Origin: Phoronis australis
Taxonomy: Eukaryota; Animalia; Phoronida
Assembly (NCBI GenBank): GCA_002633005.1
Contig: NMRA01001000.1
Coordinates: 1-64,000, forward strand
Length of the DNA: 64,000 nt
Reading direction: 5' to 3'
Translations under genes and position numbers: made by a program
In this document: positions 15,300-28,139 of the stretch, piece by piece
Layout: each line of letters begins with the position of its first letter
How positions within the stretch are numbered: position 1 is the stretch's first letter
Notes under the pieces: generated by a model
The model's input: the letters and a program-made list of their open reading frames with translations, nothing else
Told to the model about the DNA's origin: nothing
The model's database searches: none

Positions 15300-16945
15300 G
15301 CAATTCAGGAATTGACATCGAACGTAGAGCTAAGATAAATACTATGATAAAAAATTTGTTTGGCAAAATAAACCACCTAGAATGAAAAAATGTGGCTGTA
15401 AATCAAGTCATTGTTAGTTAAATGGGTTACGCGTTGATTAGATGGAAACAATGAAATTTTCAAAGTGTTTCCAGGGTATGTTCTTAAAACACATGGAGGT
15501 ATTTTGATCTTTTAATCAAATTATGATTGTTAATTGCTGTCTCTTGCAAATATTGATACGTTCTATCTTGACATCTTGATTGCTTGGGAAGAAATTAGTG
15601 CTCATTTACATAAGGACATAACAATTTTAAACCAAGTAGTGTGGAATAACAAATACATATTGATTAATAGGAGGACTGTATTCTTTAATAGTTTCTTTGA
15701 GGCTGGTATTACTTTTGTGAAGGATCTTTTGAATTTTGAAAAACCTTTAAGTACTTCTATCTTCATAGAAAATTGTTTACAAAACGTATTTTGAAAAAGA
15801 TGAACTTAGTCAGTGATGACAAGTGTGCATCGTGTGGAACTGTTGAGACTTTTAACCATGTTTGTGGAATGTGGTTCTGTGAAAACTTTGTGGTGTGAAA
15901 TTCAGAGACTTAATTTTCGTAACTGCACAACACGATTTAATCTTAGATAGAAATGTTATTTTGACAGCATATTTTGGATGTAATTTTGAAGATATCAATA
16001 CCATATTAACTATTTGCCAGTATTTCATCCATAAATGTTCTAGAAACCAGATTATTCCTAGATATTCACAATTTCAATGTTTCTTGTATAATTATTGTAA
16101 AGTAAGGAATATACAACCCCGCAAAACTGCCTTTTGGGAAACCATCAATGCCTATTTATTTTAGACCAACCGTGAATTTCTATNCTTGGGAAGAAATTAG
16201 TGCTCATTTACATAAGGACATAACAATTTTAAACCAAGTAGTGTGGAATAACAAATACATATTGATTGATAGGAGGACTGCATTCTTTAATAGTTTCTTT
16301 GAGGCTGGTATTACTTTTGTGAAGGATCTTTTGAATTTTGAAAAACCTTTAAGTACTTCAATTTTCATAGAAAATTGTTTACAAAACGTATTTTGAAAAA
16401 GATGATCTTAGTCAGTGATGACAAGTGTGCATCGTGTGGAACTGTTGAGACTTTTAACCATATGTTTGTGGAACTGTTGAGACTTTTAACCATATGTTTG
16501 TGGAACTGTTGAGACTTTTAACCATATGTTTGTGGAATGTGGTTCTGTGAAAACTTTGTGGTGTGATATTCAGAGACTTAATTTTCGTAACTGCACAACA
16601 CGATTTAATCTTAGATAGAAATGTTATTTTGACAGCATATTTTGGATGTAATTTTGAAGATATCAATACCAAATTAACTATTTGCCAGTATTTCATCCAT
16701 AAATGTTCTAGAAACCAGATTATTCCTAAATATTCACAATTTCAATGTTTCTTGTATAATTATTGTAAAGTAAGGAATATACAACCCCGCAAAACTGCCT
16801 TTTGGGAAACCATCAATGCCTATTTATTTTAGACCAACCGTGAATTTCTATTATTTAAAATATGTGTGTGTGTATCTGTGTTTCATTTGCAAAGATCTTA
16901 TTGTTTGTAAATATTAGTGTATTTAGAAATAAAATGTAAAAAAAT
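15300..16945 (+). mobile_element. Degenerate 3' fragment of an L1/Tx1-clade LINE ORF2, duplicated across the N at 16184
   Basis: Peptides FYLDILIAW...NQVVWNNKYILINRRTVFFNSFFEAGITFVKDLL and zf-RVT-like DDKCASCGTVETFNHMFVECGSVKTLW; AATAAA and A-rich tail at ~16928-16944. Region 15585-16183 is repeated at 16185-16850. Confidence 0.8.
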
Positions 16946-18619
16946 GTTTGTAGAATAGAGGTAGACCGTCAAATGTGGATTTGAAAGAATAAAAATGACC
17001 ACTAGGTGGCGCAGAATACACCAAGTTCGTCCCAAAGCAGGGAACACCCGCAGGATGTTACTGCAGACGCAATCATTCGCGTTGGCTAAGGTACTGTTTG
17101 GATTGTTGTATGCGTTTGAAATTACCCCATAATTACTTGTGCCCCGATTTCTGCGATGCTGACGGAGTTTTCCCGCCATTGTCTTGGCTTTCTGCCCACC
17201 GGGTGTCTAGTTTTGCTCGTAAGCTGATTTTGTACTATGTAATTATACTTTCTTTATGTGAGTAAAGATTTTTTAACTTTTTTTGATATTTTGGTATATG
17301 CACTACATTTTCTCGTCTTCTGGGTTTGTTCTTTGCGCCGGGCCCTAAGCTTACTTGACACATATGTGTTTTTTTTCGCAGTGCGGGGTCATGAGTGTTT
17401 TCCCATGACCTTGAACTTGTATTTCTTAGCCTATTTCTTTTAGTTATCTCTTGCACCTGAATTCTCTTGTGTGTTGACCAGCGTGGTTTAATATAGTGTC
17501 GCTTAGTATATATTTTTCTTTGTGCCGAAAGGTCAAAGGTCATATGGCATTAACATAATTTCTCGTTTTGTGTATCTGACTGTTCTTGTAATTACTTTTG
17601 TTATATTTTGCTCGCGCGGTATTTTGTCTCTTCTGGGTTTAATTTGGTGTTGTTCTTGTTGCTGAAGTGCAATCCTGTACCTCTGAACCCTTTGTAAATT
17701 TATTCATCATTCGTGCGCCAGAACTGTGCCAGAGCATAACGGTCGACTTGAACAATTTGTTTCACAGGAAAATACAGGAAAAGATCTTTAAAATCTCATG
17801 ACTATCCTGCAAGAAGTTTAGGACATAGTTAACAAGCCTTACACTCTCACTTACTTACCCGAGAAACGCACGTGAATTTGTTTGTTTACTCTACGAAATA
17901 AAATATTCAAAATGGTCGACAAACATGGACTGGTGTATGTGAAACTTATCACATTCGATCAGAACACTTCAGCTTGCTGGGAGTACATTGCAGGTGTTTT
18001 AGACTTCAACGTTGTGAGAGAATGAGACACCTTTGCTAAAGTTTTAATCTAGCTGCCAATGGCACCGCTATACGAACGTACATACCTGTAGGCCAGTCAA
18101 CAGTGGCGTGCATTATCGATACATGGATGAGACGGCCTCACCACCAGGTGACTGAGAAGGTTATGGGCAGGTCAAACTGTCGCCTATGTTGGTTTGCTGT
18201 GGTCATTCATCAAAGTGTGTCATCGCGTTGAGTCGGAGGTAAGGTCATTCAGTGCGTTCACGAGAGTCATATATTTCAGGTCATCTGGTGGCGAGACCGG
18301 CTCGACCAACTGGCTTACCAAGTCGCCAAACTACATGTCTTCAGTGGAAATGAGTATTTCAACATAATAATTCCGCAAAGAGCCCGTTTAAGTCGAGAAT
18401 GAAAATCTTTGAAATTTCAGGTAGAAAATCAGTATACAATGTGCCATTAGCATTTGTGCAGTGAAATTTTCTTTGTGGACTGACGTATCAAAGATTAATA
18501 AAACTTACTACCAAATAAATAGCTTAATGGAAACTTGGCTTTGAAAAGACTTGTCACTCAAAAACATTTTAGCAACTTAAAGAAAAAATTCAGATGCCAG
18601 TACAAAACATGGTCCCCTG

Positions 18620-18850
18620 ACCACGTCCGCCCGTGGCCATTTCCGAGGATTGGGATACATGTACCCATGGAGCACTGTGGTATCCAAGAAAATTGGTTGC
18701 GACTTTTCATGCCTGAAAAGCCTCTGGGATCCCAGTCTATACATGATCTTTGGCAGTTTTTGGTGGCTGACTCGTGGACGACTGAGACGGTCTCCCATCT
18801 GGTGACTGGGCCACCAGTGCTACCTGCATGGAATTGTTCAGTGAAAAACC
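18620..18850 (-). mobile_element. Possible decayed RTE-like LINE 3' fragment
   Basis: Frameshifted peptides KLPKIMY / WDPRG..K.R.Q..W..QC / RKW resemble the LPK..W.P..R.GR..W and DR..WR motifs at the end of RTE-type ORFs. Confidence 0.3.
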
Positions 18851-18989
18851 AGTGAATTAATTTTATGTGGCACTTGCCATCATTGCGTCCGAATTGGTGA
18901 CGTCGCATCATAAGACAAAGGCGGAACCAGCTTTTTACGAAAGGTTATAATCTTTTACTTCGGAGTCCCCTTTTGTACTACAAAAGTCT

Positions 18990-19400
18990 TATCATGTCTG
19001 ACAGAATTCGGGCTGTGCCACCATGTAAACAGAGTCAGGTGAAAGGGTTTTTTCCTATTCTGGTCCCTGTCTTTGGAATCTACTACAGTGTGATTCCAGG
19101 AATCATTTGAATAACTTATCATACAGGAAGAAAATAAAAAAAACATTGTTCAAAGAAGCATATTGCACTTAGTACCAGTTACTACTAATTATATTTTAAT
19201 TTTGTTATTAACTACTCTGTCTGAATTTTTCATTAGGTATTCCTCAGGTTAAAAGTAATCTATGTCTGCATGATGATTTTCGGCTTTTTACATATTTATT
19301 TATTATTTACTATAATATTTCCATGTTTTTTCTTTTTGTATGTTGATATTATAATCATTTTCTATTATTTAATCATTAAGAAATGGGGAGCGTTTTCATT
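18990..19400 (+). mobile_element. L2/CR1-group LINE 3' end fragment
   Basis: 19029-19172 reads TESGERVFSYSGPCLWNLL...YRKKIKKTLFKEAY, matching the G.R.FS...P.LWN.L...FK..LKT.LF..AY end of L2 ORF2, followed by an AT-rich tail. Confidence 0.6.
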
Positions 19401-19994
19401 GCAAGTTACCCAAACGATATTGGTGATATTCCTCCTATGAATCTAGCAACGTGCATCGATCAACTGTCATCAGCTGGAAACGAAAATGGAAGAATTGAAA
19501 GAAAGTTCTTCACAAATATTAAGGAACTTGGAGAGACTTAAAAGGCTGGGCGCTACTGTCGAAGCCTTGCACCGGCAAGTTAATGCAATACTTTCTTTCG
19601 TTTACATAACTCCCGAGGCGGCTATTTAGAGCTCGCAGGCAAAGTTCTTATAGTGGAATGTGATGAGTTAGATGCGTGAACAATTCACACGTGGAACGTA
19701 TGCTAACGAAAACACCCACGTGGTTGGTTTATCTAGGCTTAGAGAGTTCCTATCATGACCATGTGTCTCAAAAAGAATTTTATTAACACTTCTCCAGAGA
19801 CTTAATAGCCTTTAGTATACCTGTTGGTAAGAAACAAGCCAAAAATTGAAAAAAAAACATTGTTCTGTTACCGTGGTTGTACAATAACGTAGAAAATAAA
19901 TCTGAAACTAAATAAGGCGATCTAGGTCCTCCCAAGGATACTATTGTTTCACGAAATGTAAAATATAAATAGGTAAATAAAACAACAAGAATGG

Positions 19995-21220
19995 ATCAAC
20001 TGAAATTTTCGAAGGTAATAACGTCCTTTGTCAACAGAAACAGAAATAAAGTAAAATCAAACACTATATGACAATTGACATTTAAGATATGGTGTAATGA
20101 ATATGATACATTTTTGCGTAAAAACTTCAGTGATATATTTTAAGAAGTTTTTATGTTCAATCCATGAGGTTCTATTGTATTGAGCTTGTCTATCCAATAT
20201 TTTTCTCTTTTGAGTCTGTGAGAGGTACTGGGGTGTTGGAGTTTTTCTATTATTTGTACAGAAAGATCTTGAATATTATGGTTTTTGGAACTGAAATGAT
20301 TACCTCTAGTATAAGAAAAGTTTTTATGTATTATGTTAAATCTATGATTACGAAACCGAGTTTGTAGATTATGTTGAGTTTGTCCTACGTATTGGATAGA
20401 ACATTTTTTACAAGTTATAAGGTAAATAATACTGTTAGTGGTGCAATCAGAATAATGTTTTATTTCAAAGTTTTCATTGGTCTGGGAAGACTTGAAAAAG
20501 TGCTATCGTTGATAAAGTTACACATTTTACACCTAGTTTTGTTACATTGTGTGTTGCCAATTGTTTTCTAAGTTTGGTGTATATTGTCGATGTTAGCTTT
20601 AACTAAATAATTTTTTTAGATTTTTACATTTTCTCCAAGAAATTATAGGTGGTTGAGGAAATAGGTTTTTCATTTGAGGGGAAATATGCAGCGTGGAAAC
20701 ATGTTTTCTGAAGAGTGGCTAATTCCGTTTAAACATGGATTGAACATAGTTATGAATGGTATTCTATTAGTACTATATTGTAGTATTGCCTTTAATTTTA
20801 GTTCTTAAAGATTCATTTCGTGTGATTGAACGGACTTTGTCAAACTGTTTGTGTATAAGATGTAAGGGAAAATGACGTTGAACTAGAAAGTGCTTGAGTT
20901 CTTTCAAACGGTTATTAAAGGAAGCTTCTTCTGAACAAATGCGTTGAATTCTTAGGGCAAGGCTATATGGAAGGCTTTTCTTGCAATGAAAGGGATGACA
21001 CGAGTGATATGACAGATACTGGTGTTTGTCAGTTTCTTTACAGAATAAGTCAGTTTCTAGTTTATCAAACATCTAAAAATGAGACTTTATTTTGAGAAAT
21101 GTCATGAGTGAACTTAATAGTATGGTGAAATTTGTTAATATTTTCTAAAAATACATCTAATTTTTGTGGGCCATGGGTCCAGATCATAAAAATGTCATCA
21201 ATGTACCTTATCCATACTAC
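19995..21220 (-). mobile_element. 5'-truncated Penelope-like retroelement (C-terminal RT + GIY-YIG endonuclease), frameshifted
   Basis: RT peptides WIRYIDDIFMIWTHG...IKFT...VSFLDV and TDLFCKETDKHQYLSYHSCHP..CKKSLPYSLALRIQRICS. GIY-YIG peptide IIYLITCKKCSIQYVGQT...RFRNH...REKYWIDKLNTIEPHGLN at ~20460-20150. Confidence 0.92.
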
Positions 21221-22911
21221 AGCGCCCTCTCTGTATTTTCCACAATGCTGCGCATCCATGGGGTAGCTTGTCATCTGTCATTCTGACGTGAATGAAGTTT
21301 TAATGTTGCATGGTGGGTCGTGCTGCAGACCTAGAAATTCAAAAGGTTGACAGAAACTCAAATGAAAACGATATCTAGTGTCACTCCGTCAGATCACTTT
21401 ATTTTTTTATTTTCAGAGCAAACTATTGTGGAGGATGCGGCTACGACTTCGGGCAAAACGGAAAAAAGTTGCCAAAACTCGAATGAACCCAATTAAAATT
21501 TTAAGTGCGACTCCAAATATGAAGCTATGCATTGATTACGGAAATTGTATGATTTTCCGGTAGCAACGTGCTTTATAAAAAACACTTGAATATGATACCA
21601 GTTACGATTTTCAAACCTAACGTTTCTATAACTATTCAGACTCTTCTGTGAAAATGCTATGTTTTGATTTTTCCAGTTGCGCCTGATTTCGTGTCAATCC
21701 GCTGCTGTACAACGAGCGACTTGCCAATCTATTCAAAAACCTGCCTGACATATCGATTCACCAAAATGACAAAAACAGGTTTCAATGCATGTGCACTGTA
21801 GAAAGCACACTATGTTCCCCCAACAACGAAAAGACAACGTTGCCGAACTGACCTGCTTTACTTGAATTATTGGTCAAGTGCTCGCCCCGACAGTTCAACT
21901 GGGCTTTTTAATTAAAAAATTCATTGCACTGAATTATTCGACTAAAGTTCATATGCTTTGAAGGTTTGAAAGAATTGCCCCTGGCGCGAGTTTTCACGTC
22001 ACGCTCTGTGTTTTACATGTGAGTGGACAAAGCACATAAGTGAATCAGAAAAAAATAGCCTAAAGTCTCTCTTGTCCTTAGGACGCAGGCACGCCATTTG
22101 ACAAGGAATGAGAACTAATTTATGATTTTATTAATGTTAAAAACGACCAATTAACTCCCAGATTGCATTGAGTCTGACTAATAGTTCAATTATGGCACCA
22201 CCCGCTGTTATCGTCTGCAATTAAGGCTGCATTTTGCTCGCTAAACTCTGAATTTTCGTTTCTTAAGCGAAACGCTTTCAAATTGGGATTTGAAAACATT
22301 ACAACGCCCATCGGATCTTGAATTGTTGTCGAATGAGTAGGCAACTCAAGGCAATACCAAAATTCGCCATTTTCGAATTTTCAATTTTAGGGTTGACCAA
22401 CGTACTCCAAGAAACACCGAAGCGGGATTTTTGAATTGCTGATGATTCCATTGTTCTTGTTTGTAACGGAAAATGTAAACACGATAAAAATATGATAATA
22501 CAGACTTAGCGAGAGTGAAGGTTTAATTCCAATGCAGCTTGAAACATTTAAAAGAACGACCGACTGACTACATGTATTGAACGTAATTTTTGTTGGAGAT
22601 ATTTTGTGTTTCGGTGAAAACACAAACAAGGATGACTAACTCAAAACCACCTTAAAGACATGAGCCACTTCCTCCATCCTCAGTCCGGCGTTAATAGCCA
22701 CATTGAAATGTCCCGGACTGTCTTCAAATGACATAAACTGATGGCAATCATGTAAAAAGTACAAACGTGCGCGAAATAACGGCCTTTCGGACTAATGGTT
22801 GTACTGCTCAGGATTTCGGAGTATAGGCCTTCAGAGTATAGGCTCTTCGGAGTATAGACCTTCAAGGCATACGCCCTTCAGAGATTATGCCTTTCAGAGA
22901 ATAGGCTCTTC

Positions 22912-23567
22912 CGGAGTATAGGCCTTCAGAGCATGGCCTCGGAGTATAGGCCTTCAGAGTATGGCCTCGGAGTATAGGCCTTCAGAGTATGGCCTCGGAG
23001 TATAGGCCTTCAGAGTATGGCCTCGGAGTATAGGCCTTCAGAGTATGGCCTCGGAGTATAGGCCTTCAGAGTATGGCCTCGGAGTATAGGCCTTCAGAGT
23101 ATGGCCTCGGAGTATAGGCCTTCAGAGTATGGCCTCGGAGTATAGGCCTTCAGAGTATGGCCTCGGAGTATAGGCCTTCAGAGTATGGCCTCGGAGTATA
23201 GGCCTTCAGAGTATGGCCTCGGAGTATAGGCCTTCAGAGTATGGCCTCGGAGTATAGGCCTTCAGAGTATGGCCTCGGAGTATAGGCCTTCAGAGTATGG
23301 CCTCGGAGTATAGGCCTTCAGAGTATGGCCTCGGAGTATAGGCCTTCAGAGTATGGCCTCGGAGTATAGGCCTTCAGAGTATGGCCTCGGAGTATAGGCC
23401 TTCAGAGTATGGCCTCGGAGTATAGGCCTTCAGAGTATGGCCTCGGAGTATAGGCCTTCAGAGTATGGCCTCGGAGTATAGGCCTTCAGAGTATGGCCTC
23501 GGAGTATAGGCCTTCAGAGTATGGCCTCGGAGTATAGGCCTTCAGAGTATGGCCTCGGAGTATAGGC
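22912..23567. repeat. 28-bp minisatellite (gagtatggcctcg+gagtataggccttca), ~23 near-perfect copies; diverged monomers extend 22816-24005
   Basis: Direct inspection: a dimeric 13+15-bp unit. Confidence 0.97.
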
Positions 23568-23638
23568 TTTTCAGAGAGTAAAGGCCTTTCGGAGAATAGG
23601 CCCATCAGACTAGGCCTGTAGGTCCTTTGGAGTATAGG

Positions 23639-23940
23639 CAGGGGCGGATCCAGGATTTTGAGTAAGAGGGAGGGGGGGGGGCAGGGCACAGGAATAGCCA
23701 GAATTTCGCCACATGCGGGCGCCCAGCCTAAAATGTAGGGATGCAGGGATCTCGAATTGTTGGGTTCGTGGACCTTATTACTAAAAAAACGGGGGTTTGT
23801 TCAAGGCCTATGCATTGTGCATGCGCACCCCGGGCCCCCTAGGTGCGCGCTTATGCTCGTCATCAATTCGCACCCCGAACTGCCAAATAGATTTGGGAGA
23901 ACTTATAGGGGGGGGGGCATGCCCCCCAAATTCGCTACAG
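23639..23940. mobile_element. CAGGGGCGGATCC-type MITE inserted in the minisatellite, containing a nested CATGCG-type MITE (~23712-23856)
   Basis: Similar to 61155-61299; flanks atagg/gtagg form a near 5-bp TSD. The inner element is similar to 44795-45047 and, inverted, to ~53080-53210. Confidence 0.75.
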
Positions 23941-26629
23941 GTAGGCCCTTCACAATATAGTCCCTCGGAGTCTATGCCCTTCGGAGTATAGTAAAGACCT
24001 TCGAAGCAAAGGCAGACAGAGGGAGAGAAATTTACAATATGACTTCTAAACTTTGTCAACATGTCAGAATGTTACGCCTGAGTATGATGCCTTTTAGTAG
24101 CCTACAGTGAGTAAATACCAAGAGTACAAAATAATAAAAAGAAATCAACTATAAATCAAAATTACCGAATGCCCTTAAATTTCAGAGCTTCACTGCAAAG
24201 AAAGTCTTGACAAGAAATACATTGAAAACAAAATGGGAGTTTTCTATGGCTTTCACTTGAATTAATGATAACGTAAAAAGACTGGTGTACTATAGAGTTA
24301 TGGGATCTATGAGTCTGTTGTGATAGGTAAGCCATTCACGCTTGCACAGTTGAAATGTTTTGTTGAAAGGTACGAAACCTGTTCACATAAACAACGCTAT
24401 TACATAAGTCCTAGCCCTATTACAGAGTCTTATTGAATTTCAATTTAAGTACCGAATTTTACATTGTAATCCATTCAGATGAATACAACTGACGTGGATA
24501 AACTCGCGGCAAACTGATGTTTAGTGATAATGTTAGCGACAGAACAACATGCCGGACGATTACCGACAGCTTGTTTTCAATTGAGCGTGGTCTCCAACCT
24601 CCTGCTGTAGTGTAAAGCACGGAGCAGTAACTGTGGTCTAATAACAGGATACATTGCTTGTCTGCCTACAGGTATGGTGATTTGGATTATAAAGAAATAC
24701 AAATACGACTATTTAAGGAATCATTTAAAGAGTGATTGCCGGATGAAGCTGGGCGCGTATACTGTATTGCATTAGTACAGTGTATAAACCGCTGGGGGAT
24801 ACTCCTATAGAAAAGGGCAGAGGACGCGCTGCTCACAAAGGAGCGACATTTCCCTACGAAATGTCAGTGCCTATACTGATAAAATAACCAACAAAAGGGC
24901 TCATCTTCTAACAAAACTCCACTCGAAAGGGTTCAGACTAAATTCCGAACGAAATTGTTCTCAGTTCAAGCTCGATCCACGGATGGTTCCTATTTCCAAA
25001 TACATCTACAGAGGGCTTTTAATATTATCTGAATTTTTAAACATTTGTTGCAAAACGTGCTCATTTTTTCAACGTCATATCTCCGAGTCTGCTTCAGACT
25101 TTTAAGTCTGATAGGCGAATTTTTAACCCATTTTAACGTGCGTTAAAACCCAGCATCCAGGAATCCCAAAGAAACGATTTAGAAGTAAACCCTGTTTCTG
25201 TCATAAATCTAACGAGTAATAGTCAGTTACATAAGGGGGTTGCAATTTGAATATACCATTTAGTAAATATAACGGGCGTCATCAAGTTCTCAAAATTCAG
25301 GACCCATATTGTCTGTTTTTCATTCACTTTTTTGATGAGTGGGGTATCCGGCCGCTTACAAAAACGAGCAAAAACACGCAGAATAACTAGTTTTCACCAG
25401 AACCCTATTGCGCGCATGTGATTGTTAAGTGACTGACAGTCTTGCCACCTGGTGACTGCAACTGGGAGCTCACTGTCAGAACCACGAATTTTTCAAATTC
25501 TAGAAATCGGATAAAAAATAGTAGGTGCCACCTCGACAGAATGATGTTGAAAAATGAAGCGTCTTACAGGTACCTGAATTTCCTGTAAAACTCGAACTTC
25601 CCACTTGTAAAGAGTAAAGGTTTAAGAAATCCAGGGTCGGCTGGTTTCCCTTTTTCGTCGAGAAAAGGCCATCCGTAAGTCTTCATGCTCGCTACAAATC
25701 TCACTGAAAATGCCCCGCCAACCCAACAATTGTCACTGATTTTTAAGTTTGATGAGGTATATCTCATGTCAAAAGTCAGGACACTAAAAACTGTTATCTG
25801 TATGCACGGTTGATAAAGTAAAACGTTGTGCTGTATCCTAGGATATGCCGCACATGTAATCTATCCAGAAGCGGGCGATGTCACTCCAATATTTCAACAG
25901 TCCATCAAAATGTGGTCCAGTCCTAAGGCAGCATTTTGAACAGAAATGGATTTGCCTTCGTCCTTTTTTTCTACTCTAGAGGTAACACAAACGAATGGGA
26001 CGGCTCTCGAGGAAGCACTTTCGTTTGATAAAACACCAGTCCTTCAATACCTGTGCCTCATAAAAAAACTGGCTCGAATTTGTGCCGTTGACTTGTGCCG
26101 CCGGCCTTTCATTGTTGTCACCTGGTACGCAGATCAGACACACGTAACGTTGCTATCAACAGCTGAAGTGAACCGTAACGAGCTAAAGGGACGGATCGTA
26201 TGACGTTGTCTGCTTATAGATTAACAGAGTGGTAACGAACGGCTTAGGTGACAACTCAAACATAACCTAGGCATCAGTTAGTGTTTTGATCATCAGCGGT
26301 GGATTAACACAGCAGATACGCAACTATTGGGAGTCTCCTCCTTGAACAAGTTGTGTATCTATACGTACTGGCTTCAGTCCCAATGCTGATTTTATTGCAC
26401 TGAGCGGCAGGTTTGTAGCGCAATCACGTTTAGGGTGTTCATCGGTTGTGTGTACGAATATGAGCAGCTTACCGTGTTATTATCATTATACTGTTACTGT
26501 GACTCGCGGAGCCAATTTGCGGACCATACTGTTTTTTAAGTGGTTTAGCGGGCCACTATTTGCGTTTTTGTCTTATAGTCAATCCGTTTATTAGATAGTA
26601 AATAAGTAAAGTAAGTAGGTCTTGAATGT

Positions 26630-27538
26630 TTATTTTACTAGGGTGTGTACACCAGATGCATAAGTCGTGACTTCACATGATTTCCTCAGTCGCTTACGGA
26701 GTGGATGACAGAGGTGACGAGTAGGGTTCTGTCCGTCCACTTTTTCTATCCGAGAAAGCAATAATATGTGTTCCGTATGTTCGGGCTCACAAGTAAGATT
26801 TCCTCGGGTAGCAACTGTGTCCTTAGCACACACCTGCATACTTTCCAGTCCACACCGGCGGCACTTGTCAATGCGCCCAAAATGCAAAATTGGGTACAGG
26901 TATAGGACACTTTCCCTTCAGCATGGGCCACTTACTGATGCTTGTCTGGCAAAAAAAGATATTTTCGCGGTCACCTGTTTAGACTCAATACGATATGCTT
27001 GTTTCATAATCACGGACTTCACCTTTTGGAAGAGTAATTTGTTTTCCGCAGTATGGCGAAATAACGTGAGAAACAGCGGAGCTGGATTCGTTGCAACCTC
27101 CACCACATGCGCATACTACTTGACTTCGTGCAAGCCCAAATGCAGACGCTATTTGGTAAGAAGCCAATTGGCAATAAGTTTGAACGCAACGTCTGGGTTT
27201 TTAATATCATCCATATTTTGAAAGCTTTGGGTGCAAAATTTGCCAATGATAATTTTTTGACAAGCAATTTCCCAGAATGCTCACGTGAAGGGCTGTGTTT
27301 CTAGCTTCTGGGAGCAACACTCGAAAAGGCATACGGGGGGTAAGCACAGCAATGAGAGACCTTGGAAAGGGTGACATGTTCATGGACGCTCCCTGCACAT
27401 ATGGTTGGGCTTATTTTTTAGAATCTTCTTTCTAAATGTGCGGCATGTCAAAAGGTAGTCCAGCAGGTTACTTCCAGGAGTGGCAACTCTCAAATGGTGA
27501 ACATCCGCTGCACGCCTGTTTTTTCTCGTCGTCCTCGG
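26630..27538 (-). pseudogene. Possible decayed ~300-codon ORF of unknown family
   Basis: One minus-strand frame runs ~300 codons with only 5 internal stops (3 TGA, 2 TAG). It joins ORF-track entries 26918-27106 and 26630-26887. No family recognised. Confidence 0.3.
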
Positions 27539-28106
27539 AGGATATGGGGGGAGGCTGTCCCTAAACTTTCAACGTACGCAGGAACAATGTTGCAAATCAC
27601 GACACCTGTGAGTAACCTAGTTAAATTATCTATTAAATTTTTCAGTTCCAACTTGTAATCCCGCGCTATGTCAACACAGCAATTAGAACCCATTGTCATG
27701 ACGCCGTCATCGGTAAGTTTCCTCTTTCGCCGAATGTTACATAACATTCCTCCGTTATGATTTATGTTATGATTACGTAAGCAGTGTGTGTCACCGCTGT
27801 CCATTCTTATGGCTTCAAAAGGGCGAATCGCCACCCGTTGTTACGCGGGCTGGTAATTGCCTGCTTCATTGTGTCACCCACAAATAGTTGTTTATTGGCC
27901 ATTACTGGAAAGATTATAAGCTTAATACCTAGAAACCATGCTTATTTACATGTACGCCTCTGAGCTGGTGGCAGTGTAAGCGGATCTTAGTTTTATCTCC
28001 CGTTCTTGCAATCCGTCCTCGGTAGTCGATGAACGAACGGTTTCAGTGATTGATTTGTATAGGACAGGTATTCTTCCCGACTTGACTTTTTCCTCTATCT
28101 CAAACC

Positions 28107-28139
28107 ATGCCGCCAGATATTCAGCCTACCAAGAAACAC
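28107..28139 (+). CDS. TCTEX1D1: Tctex1-domain dynein light chain, first coding exon (MPPDIQPTKKH)
   Basis: aaaccATG start context, GTAAGT donor at 28140, phase 0 and in frame with the acceptor at 29057. Confidence 0.7.

Noticed and set aside
15585-16850. Tandem duplication of the L1/Tx1 fragment, with a 32-bp triplication at ~16435-16530
   Set aside because: The copies abut a single N and are near-identical, so this is most likely overlapping contig ends or haplotypes rather than biology.
22912-23567. Regular repeat array resembling CRISPR
   Set aside because: No unique spacers, no cas genes and a eukaryotic context; it is a simple tandem minisatellite.
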